Position numbers and translations under genes: made by a program. Source: Podarcis liolepis (lineage: Eukaryota). Taken from it: 64,000 nt of DNA. Below, in pieces: positions 1-53,230 of the stretch. How positions within the stretch are numbered: position 1 is the first letter of the stretch; every line of letters starts with the position of its first letter. The stretch is from assembly GCA_965112155.1 (NCBI GenBank), contig OZ218109.1; one strand, given 5' to 3'. A model generated the notes under the pieces. The model was given only the letters and a program-made list of their open reading frames with translations, was not told the DNA's origin and searched no databases.

Positions 1-3000
1 CCCACCTGAAGTCGTTGTTCCAGAAATACTTGAAGGGGAAAAGAGAGAAAGAGACAGACAGACAGACATCATATCATTGATATGCATTACCATTTCAAAA
101 ATTAACACTATAAAAGTACAATATAGACATAGTTAACAAAGAGGTGGTTGCTTCTGGCATCACATACGGGGCCTTCTCACCTGACAGATTTGGGGGTATC
201 TATGAAGATACCACTGGGGAAGGAGTCCCAATGTTAAGAATGGTTGAACACCTTGGAAGGCACACCCACCTGAGGGGCCCACTGTGGATCTTCCAGGGAC
301 CCCAGGCGACCACTTCCATCTTGCTATTGCTGCTTATTCACCTGCAAGCGATGACAAGAGTGCATCGGTTTCCACTCTTCTTGCCCTCTTGATGGTTCTG
401 CATTTGCAACAAATTAGTGTATGGCACAATATGACCTAGCAGCTGTGGTACCTGCCTCTGGGTAGCTATGTGGCTTTTTTTCCAGAGAGGGGAAGACAAG
501 CAAACAGGCAACAGTAACGTCAAGGAAGAGGTCCAACCGCAAACATGTTTTCCAGTGCCCCCAAATCTGGAACCGACACAGGTTGCTATAACTCTTAACT
601 TGATGCACGTGGGGCTTTTTGACTTGTTTATATACCATACCCTGCAAACGTTCATTTATTTCTTTATGGAATGTCTAAACCACCCTGCATCAAAATAGAT
701 TCCAGGGTGGTGTGCAATTAGTTGAAAACAAATATCATAATGTGGAGTTTCAGAAATGTCATCACTGCCTCCCTTCCTTTGCAGTAAAAGTCTTTCATGT
801 TGAGGTCTTTCTAAACAGTCTGGAATCATTTTCATTTTCTGCATGCTTTCCACCCTATTACTTCATAGCTATAATTACACACGCAAACACACAAACACAC
901 ACAAACACAGAGAGGGAGGGAGGGAGGGAGATCTGTTGAATAAAGTACCAAATCAGAGTCATTCAAGGACTGGGACCAGGGATGCGCTCCTGTTTTCTCT
1001 CCCTATTTCTTTTTCATAAATAACAGTTAAGCTGTTAGATGTAAGCTTTGTGGAATACTGGCCCCCGGCTTTCTAGATTGAAGGACATAAAAATTGCTGG
1101 AAGTCGGTAGACCCAGTAGAGCAGATACTCCTTCATCGAACATTTGGCAGAAAAGTTATTCTTGTTGATGCTTCTCTCTTTCAGTAATGGTAACTAATCA
1201 GAGAGATTTCTGCTGTCTCAGTTGCATTAATGACTTCCTTTCAGTGCTGGTGCTACCTGTGCAAAGTGAAGCTTCTTGTCTCAGGCAGCAGACACGGGGG
1301 ACAGTGACAGCAGCTCCTCAGCTATTCCTCTGGAGCCCCTTGGCCATACCCTTCTGTTGCAAAGCTGCGTGTGCCATGGCACTTGCTTGCCCTCTCCATA
1401 ACCACCCTACTGTCCTCAAGTGTAGTGGAGGACCCTACCCATTGCTTGAATTATGTGTTTGCTTTTTAAATGAAAGCGCATCTTTTTTTAATGAAGTCCA
1501 CTGAAAAAGGAAATTTCCAGAATGTTAAGCCAACACGGTCTTATTAACCGAGCATTATTGCATGGCTCTTTAGGAAAAGAGGTCATTATTTCAAACCTTT
1601 GCAGATGCTACTACGTATCTTGCATAAGCTTGGTTGTAAATAAACAAGTCTGAATTACCGATATTTAAACTTCTCCAGATCCTTCTCTTGGGTTAATCCC
1701 TCTAGTTACATTGTTGTTCCTTGTTCTGCTCTTCATATCCTGTGCTCAAAAACAATATCCAGAAACACTGACATTCACAACAACAGAAAATCCCTTCTAA
1801 CAAGCAGTTGTTAAACTCTTATATTTGCTAGTTGGGTACTTCATCACCTGAGATGATCTTCATAGTTTCCCACTGGTATATCACTTCTTAGAACAGGGTG
1901 TGGAGAAAGTGGATACAAATAAGTTTTATAACCCAGCTCATAATTCTTTAACTTGGAGTCATCTTATGAAATTGATTGACGTAGTTAGGACTGGTAGGAG
2001 AAAGCGCTCCATGCAAGACATAATTAAGTTATTTGATTGACTGCCCATGTTATGATGGGTGTTGACTAGCTTAGGTGGCTTTTGAAGTGACTAGACAAAT
2101 TCATAAGGATAGCTCAGTCACAATGATGATTAGTCATGATATCAGGCTCAGAGACCATTTGCCACTGAATTCCAGTTGCTGGTGAACAACCCCAGGAGGA
2201 GGTCTTCATCCTGCCTCTAAGCTTCCTGGAAGCAACTGGTGGACTGTTGTAGAGAGCAGGATAGTCTGATCTAGCTGGACTCTTACTTTCTTAATCATAT
2301 TCACTTGGGTCAGCTTCCCCAGACTACGTGGATACTGTAGCTTTTTATTTACTCTTATTTCTCCCATAGAACACCTCAAAAGATCTACCTTGCCATTCCA
2401 TTCTGTTGTTCTATTGTGCATTGTTCTTTCTTAGTGGTTTTGGTTGGTGTGGTTTTTTTAAGTGCAAGGAAGATAAACAGCAGGATTTGATATAATTTTG
2501 GAATTCATCTTGCTGTTCAGCAGGTTCCATCAGAAAATGTTAACATTTTCATAGAAAATATTAATGAATAAACTCAGCCTGGTGTACTTCAGTAATATTA
2601 AATAATACCTACCATTTCTATAGCACTTTCATAGTGTTCAAAGCATTTCTCATGTGTCAGGAAAATTTACAGCAGCACTGAAAGACAGGCCAGTATCATT
2701 ATCTCCATGTTGTAGATGAGGAGTTGGGCGGAAAGGCAGCATAGTGAGTTTGAGGCAGAGGACTCAGCTATACAGCTGCAAAGAAAACGTTTTAAATGTG
2801 TTGTAAAGTGCAGTATACAAATGTGGCATTAGATGGCGACAGTGAGCTATGCCAAATTCAATGTATTTTTCAAAACGTTTCTTGGGTGGCCACTGTAGCA
2901 ACAGGATGCTGGAACAGATGGACCTTTGGCCTGATCCAACAGGCCTCTTCTTATGGTCTTATGGGCACTTTTTCCACATTGGCCCTGTGAGCTTTAATGT

Positions 3001-3535
3001 GCAAAGATTTTGAACCTCTTCAAATTAGGTTTGCCAGAAATATTACATATAAACATCCTAATGTAAATTGGCTCTTGATTCCATTGGCTCTTGAGTCTGC
3101 AAAGTTTTGGCAGTTTTCGGAATATTGGCTATTATGTTTGTAATTATGATTTCACTATGTATAGTCACGAGATCCCATTAGAATAGATGAGGTATGAATG
3201 GCGATGAAAGATAGTACACACAATACAGTTGTGAAAAATAAAGTTTCTTGTGCCTATAGCTATTCCCAGAGCTATTTTTCTAGAAAAAGAGGTGCCCAAA
3301 CTCACCTCCCTCGCTTTCTTATAATGGCAGTGGCACCCTCCTGAGTTCTGGTGGGGGGGGGGGAGCCCTAGCTCTACTAATGGTTTTTACAAAGACGGCT
3401 CAAATATTTTCCATGTATCTGTAAAATATGTCATGTTCTCTTGCTTTAAACAGAGCAGATGCTAATTCTCTGATTGTCAGATGAATTAAAATCATTTGAA
3501 TCCTATTATTTAATATAAAGAAGAATGAGGTATAA

Positions 3536-46443
<42,908 letters not shown>

Positions 46444-47335
46444 AATGGAGAGAGAAATTCAGATGTCCACTACAGCAATTCAATTAGCAGCTTCTTTTTT
46501 AACACTTTCCCAGTTTTTCTGTATGTGTTTATTTCCCCCTGTATGATGTTACTTTTGCAGCTCTCAAAGGAGGTTTGTTTCATCTATATGCGCTGTGGAA
46601 AAGGTCTTTATGGTGCATTAATACAGCCACAATATTGGGTGGGAGGGTAGAGCCTAAAATATATATATATATAAATAAATATATATAAATATATAAAAAT
46701 AAATTTATTTTAAATAAAAGTATATTTGATTGCTGCATACACATGTGGAACAAAGCATCTAATGCAACATGTTATGTAATGTGTACATGTTTTTTATGAC
46801 TGACAACTGGCATTAGTATGCAGGAAAAAATGTTCTTTTGGCTTTAGTCACTAACAAGTGCCTCATCAAAAAAAAAAGTTCATTTGGTTTGTTAGGGTGC
46901 CATAATAATTGTTAAATTAGAGGATGTTAATATAAACAACAAATGAATACATTTTACTGGTAAGACGTTTCATGACATTTTACAAATTTTAACACAGGTG
47001 GGTACAGAGCTTCCATTCCTTAGGCATTCCAGTTGGATTTCTGAGTTTTATATTCCAGTTTTAATACAGTTTTTGAGTTTTATGTGACTTGAATTTTTAA
47101 TCTTTCTGTAAAAAATAACTTAAATGTATATACTCCATCTGTATCTTTTCCTCAGATACCAGATTTGATATAAATGTTGTAACATAGGCGTGTAGATAGT
47201 GGATCCTGGATGGAACTGGTTTCTTTTATTGAGAATATAATTCTGCATGAAGACTTTAATGAATCCAAATCTGTATCATGCCTGTGTGCATACCCGCTTA
47301 AAACACTGGAAATAAAATTGTTTTGATGGTTCTTT
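46444..47335 (+). other. ARHGAP21: ARHGAP21 3' UTR; AATAAA at 47311-47316 (end approximate)
   Basis: AU-rich sequence after stop; canonical hexamer followed by GT/T-rich sequence. Confidence 0.75.
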
Positions 47336-50300
47336 GCATAGACTGACTTTCCTTAAAGGGGGAAGAATGAAAAATGTCAAGTTCATATAATCTAAGTTCA
47401 CTGACTATACCCACCCAGTAATGAGAAAATGAAAAGTGGTTGCCAAAAAGGTCCATGATGTAGGAAATGGTTATTAAAATGACAAGTGAAGGCTTGATCA
47501 AGGCTTGTTTGTGAATTTTATTTAGGGATGGGGCTGATGGTTTATCGTGGATTAATTCTTTTGCAGCCCACTCTTATTGTCATATTGTTCTTGCAAACAG
47601 AAGCCTCAGTACTGAGAATCGCTTTGGATATATCAAAGGCCTTGTGCAGGTTTAATGGGCGTCTGTTTTGTTTGGATTGTAAGGACTTCCAAGCTCTTCC
47701 ACAAGTTACTTTGGGGATTTTGGATGAGGTATGCCCTACTGTGAGGGTGGATGGTGTTTGGAGGAGATAATTTGACATTATCTCCTCCAAACACCACCCA
47801 AGTACCATTGGGCAGGTGAATCAGGGCAGATTCCCATGTTGAAATGGTAAACATGTTTGCAAGATAGAGGACGGTGTTTCTTGCAGTCTTAAGTCTGGAG
47901 TCTCGAGTCTTAAAGGCCTTACAGTAGATTCTCTTTTGTAGCTCTGAGCTGAGGTATTATTCTCAAACTTTGAGGCATCTCAGACCCCACTCCCCAAGTC
48001 TCAAATCAGGTAACAGGAGTATGGCATGACGGACATTTATTCTGGATTAACACAGCACAAAGTCTATAAGAGGTGAAAGCAAACTCCTTGGTCACCTTAC
48101 TGTTCAAACCTCCATGGAAATTCCAGTTCCATTTGTAGGAAGCCATTGCAAGGACATTTTTCTTCCCTCCACCCCACCTCCTCTTCCCAGTTACTAGGGG
48201 TAGGAGGATTTACAGTACTGCAAGAAAATAAGGACTGGTTCATGTATGCATTCAGTTTTCACCGTGAGGTTGCTGTGGTGTAAAAAATGCCAACTTGCAT
48301 GAGCAGCAACTTGACATAAATCCGTTGCTACATGCTATAAGGCTGTATTTTCAAGCATCCATCATAAACGCTGTGCTATTAGTTTTCAGGGACAGGATCC
48401 CGATTCATTCAAGAGCTGTGGAGTGGATGAGGTGGTTATTTATGTATGTGTGTGTAGAAATTTATACCTTCAGAGCAGCTGGTTGACCGAAGATGGAGAC
48501 ACACATGGACAAGTGCCACAAGTGTTTTTGGTAGCTGCAGACCAACACCATTGTGTTGCATATTGGGGCCAATTCACACAATGGTAGCAGGGTGCTTCGT
48601 TTCTATGTAAGCTGATGGAACTTGTGGAAAAGAGCGAATAGAAGTAGTTTCAGTAGCCTGCAGTTCAACACATTTTAGAGCTGTTTGCAATGAGTCATAA
48701 TGTGCGCCCATACAGCTTTGATCTACGGGCTGTGCTCTCCTGACTGTACCATGACCTATTGAAATGTGCTAGGCCAGGGTTTAAAAGAGAGTTTGTTCCC
48801 ATTTTGTGGATTGAGTTCCCTATGGAGATCAGTCAGGTACTGATGATGAGGTGCTTTCATAGACAGTTAAAAGACCTTTCTGCTTACCTTGGTGTTTCCT
48901 GACTGTATGCAGTTCTCTTTTGGTTCTTGAAGCTGTAGTTGTTGAAATTATGACTCTCTTGATATTTGGAATGCTGGTTTTAATGATTTTATGTATATTG
49001 TGAATTGCATTGCGATTCATAAATGTATAAGTGAAAAGCAGTATATAAATAAGCTTCTTTGCACAAACTTGCTTGTATTCAGTCCAGATTGGAGTGAGGG
49101 TGGGATGTGGAGAGAAGCAGTCCACTGTACCCTAAGAGTTATGTTAATGAACCCTCATTTTAATTTAGTTATGAAGTGATACAGCTTCAGACTTTTATCT
49201 CTGATGCTTTATGCACCGTGTATGTTCGTAATTATGATTCTATATGTGCACACCCTCCTTGTTAGACTTTCTCTTTGGTGTTTTATAATCAGCTGCCTTT
49301 CACTGTCACTTCTGGGGCCAGCCCTAACTTTAGGCAGAAGATTTTGAGTGTCACGAGATGTCCAGTGTCATCTCATACTCAATATATCCCAGTCCCACTT
49401 TATCATACAGTTGAGCAGATAGTAAGGCTTCTTTTTGTCTTTGATTCTTCTGTCCCTTTGTTAACTGTGTGCCATCCTTTGTCAAGTTCTCTTGCTTCCA
49501 CCATTTCAACGTTGCAAAAATACAGCCTTTATTCTCTGCCCCTTTGGTGAAAACCCTGGTTTGAGTCTGTTGCCTCTTGCAGCCTTTTCCACTTGGAACG
49601 GCCCATGTCTCTCTTATCCAAACTACTGCTTCCAAAATGAATTGCCCCCCATTTCCTTTGATCACAAGACTGGCTTCCTGTCTGCTCCTAGAGCCAATTC
49701 AAGCACTTAGTTCTTCCGTTTGATGTCTTCCATGGTAGCTTCCCTGTCCCTGCCTTCTTCTCCATTTGCCATAGAGGACTATGGTCCACTACAGGCACAA
49801 GCATCCCTGCCTGTAAAGCCTTCACTCTTACCACTCAGTCACCTTCCTCCACTATCTGAAACTATATTGCTTCCTCTACCCTTTGGGTCTTTACTGCATG
49901 ATGCTAGTTGTCTCCAGTGTTAGAGGCCTCACTGGCTTCTGATAGATGTCAGGCATTTTGTGTCGCTGGTCTCATGCTGTAGAAGACACTCTTGAGGATT
50001 CGGCAGGCAGCATTACCTTCAGGCTTCTCTTGAAGAGCATTTTATGCCAATAGGCCTATGCAGTTGTCTAAGGTGTTCTTGATTGCTGAGCCATTTCAAT
50101 GATTATTTTGTGGGGTTTTAAATCATGTCATGTTTTGCTGTGTACATGTTGTTTTGTGCCACCCGGATACTTTATGATATGGCAGCATATATATTTTATT
50201 TCAAACCACTCGACATCTGTCTCCATGTAAGCCTTTGGAACACCCCCTGCCCCAGATCTCATGCCTTACTGTAACTGAGTATATGCGACGGAAACACACT

Positions 50301-51200
50301 GTTTGCCTCTTCGTGCCTCTCATGTGCCAAATTTCAGATTGTCAGGTCCTTAAGGGATGAGCCCTCTTAGATTGTAAAGTGTCACACATGCTGATGGCAA
50401 TTGTGTTAGTAATAATATACCCCGAAATCTGAAAATTAAGGTGCTTATCAGAAGTTTGTCTTGGTATTTGCCATGGCGTTTGGATTTATGTCTACTTTAC
50501 CCAGACCGCAGCATTTCCAGGTTCACCAAGATTGGTTTGGTCAAAAGATGGATACCAGCAGTCAGTGCTTTTTTAAAAAAGAGGCACTGGCATTCTTAAA
50601 AAACAAGTGTTAGCCAGAATGTCACCACCATTGCTTTGGGGGGGAAAGCTCTGCCCCTCTCTTAAATCAGAGTTCTCCGAGTTATCCCTGCTCTAGGCCT
50701 TCAGCAAATGCGTAAAATGTACATGTTCAAGGGAGAATTTTGCCCAAGGGCTGCTTGATTTGTGGGTTGATTGTGCTGGCTCTGCTGGCAGAAACATAAT
50801 TTTGTTTTGTAGCTTTGTGTGTGGACTTTTAAAATGATGTTGAGAGCTGCCTCAAACATTTGAAGAGGGTGGATATAAATAAAGTTAGTAACACTCTGGA
50901 GCAATGAGTGGTTGTAATGCTGAACAACTGGTAATGGTGGAAGTTTCCTAAACCTCTTCCCCCAAATGGTAGAGGTGAGCCTACCACTCACCTTTCCACT
51001 TTTCTGGTAGCCTTTGTCTACAAGGAGTAATATCAGCTAGCTGGAGATGGGGCTCTCAGAACCTTAAAAAAATTAAGGAACTTTCACATGCTGCATCAGC
51101 ACCTAAGAATCCATCTTCCAAGTAAGCAGAAACTTTTTCCTGTAAACTGAAATTGTTTTTCAATCTTACTTTATTCCTATATAGATAATAGATATGGATA

Positions 51201-51201
51201 T

Positions 51202-51232
<31 letters not shown>

Positions 51233-51233
51233 T
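51201..51233. repeat. (TTTA)n microsatellite
   Basis: Direct inspection. Confidence 0.9.
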
Positions 51234-52359
51234 GCAGGGGCAAATGTAGCCCATCCACTGGGTGGACTGATATGCAAGAACTTTATGTTTGTGACTTGCT
51301 CTTAACAGAGTGTTGTTTTACTTGCTTCCAGAGGTATGCAGTTGCTAGATGTGTGTGATGGAAGTATCAACTATATAATTTGGAAAAGTTGTTTTTTCAC
51401 TATATATTTGGACACTTCTTAAAATATTGTAACCAGATTTTGCGTGATGGTTCCTGAGATCAAGGAGCAGGTTTTCTATTATGTCTTGAAGTCAGGTGGC
51501 TGCCATTTTGGATTCAGATGGGAGACCGTTCCTTTGAAAACTGCACTAATTTAAAAACTACTGGCTCCTTAAAATTCCTGAACAAGGTCACGTAAGAGGC
51601 TTCTGTTCACTTACATTTTTGCAGATTGCAGTATTGGGCCAGCATGATAATCTGCTGCACGTTATTATAAAACAAGCAAGACAAGCAGGATGTTGTCCCT
51701 ATGTTAGTGGCAGCCACCACTGTGGTAGCTGCCACTAACTGTGGTGCTTGCATAACACAAAAAAATTGAGACAGGAAGCTGCATTGGTCCTCAGCTTCCC
51801 ATCATGATTTCCTGCAGCAAAATGGCCACTTGTAGACAAGCTGCCCTGCTGGATCAAGCCATTGGCCCATCTAGTCCAGCACCCTATTCCACCCTCCAAC
51901 CAGAGGCCTATGGGAAACCCACAGGTAAGACCTGAGTGCAACAACACTCCCCACATGTGATTCCCAGCAGCAGGCATTCAAGGGCATCCTGCCACAGGCA
52001 GTGTATAGCCTAGTAGCCATTTACGCACTGTCCTCTGTGTACGGCTGGTGCTGGCCCTACTATTAGGCGGGTTGAGACAGCTGCCACTGACAAAATGTAA
52101 CCTGCACATGTAAAACTAGTGCAGTTTGGTCAATGCATGAAGTTGCTCACCTTTGTATGTATTTATAGCAAACAGCAGACACAACCCACCATGACTTTAA
52201 AGTGCTTATGCCCTTTTCTTTCAGTGGGACAGACTGAAGAATATGCATACTTCTCCCACTGAAATCAATGGGACTAAAATGTGCAATGGCTCCACCCAAG
52301 TGCATTGGGGGGCTAGTATGAAAACTATGAAATAACTGATTAGTGACAAAATCATACCA

Positions 52360-53030
52360 CAACATAAGCATGCAGCCCTTTATTTTTGCAAAGGTTTTTT
52401 CCCCCCGCTTCTGTATTATAGAGTTGTACAAATAAGATATTTACAATAAGAACCACTCGCCTTGCCACACAGGTTGCTTTTTGAAACCCATCCCTGCCCA
52501 CCCCACCCCCCTTGGCAACTCCCAGTTGTCCCTCACTGACCTTTTCCCAAAGTGTACTTGAGAACCATGCATAAAATGGACCTTTGGTGTCGAAAACTAC
52601 TCTTGTCTGTGCCCAGCCGCATACTGTACTTATATTTTATATTTATATATTTATATTTATATATTTATAATATGTACAGAGGTTTTTCCATTATACAGAA
52701 CAGTACAGAAGTATACACTTTTAAAAAATAATCCACATGGTAGTACTACATGATTTTTACCCAGGTCTCAGTAAAATGGAAAAATGGAAGGAAGCAAAAG
52801 GGAATCAGCATTGCTGATTCCCAAAACAATTTTTTTCCTTGGCATCGCAAATTATTATTAAATATAATCTGAATGGCAGTGCAATAGGTAAAGTTGCCTC
52901 CTACCACGTCAGTCTCAGCCTTAATTCTTGTCGCTTGTGCAGAGGAAGGTGTTCAGCATAACTATCAAAATGTACGTTATAATAGTATCAAATGTTTTGG
53001 CAAAAAAGATTTCTGAAAGTAACCATGAAG
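52360..53030 (-). other. KIAA1217: KIAA1217 3' UTR; AATAAA on minus strand at 52384-52379 (end approximate)
   Basis: AU-rich non-coding sequence downstream of the gene; plus-strand TTTATT. Confidence 0.7.
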
Positions 53031-53230
53031 NNNNNNNNNNNNNNNNNNNNNNNNNNNNNNNNNNNNNNNNNNNNNNNNNNNNNNNNNNNNNNNNNNNNNN
53101 NNNNNNNNNNNNNNNNNNNNNNNNNNNNNNNNNNNNNNNNNNNNNNNNNNNNNNNNNNNNNNNNNNNNNNNNNNNNNNNNNNNNNNNNNNNNNNNNNNNN
53201 NNNNNNNNNNNNNNNNNNNNNNNNNNNNNN
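53031..53230. other. Assembly gap (200 N) hiding most of the KIAA1217 last coding exon
   Basis: N run; minus-strand acceptor cccatag|CTGA at 53237-53231 runs into it; UTR-like sequence resumes on the other side. Confidence 0.9.

Noticed and set aside
47340-52350. Additional gene between ARHGAP21 and KIAA1217
   Set aside because: Only short ORFs without domain-like content; the region looks like decayed LINE/SINE sequence.
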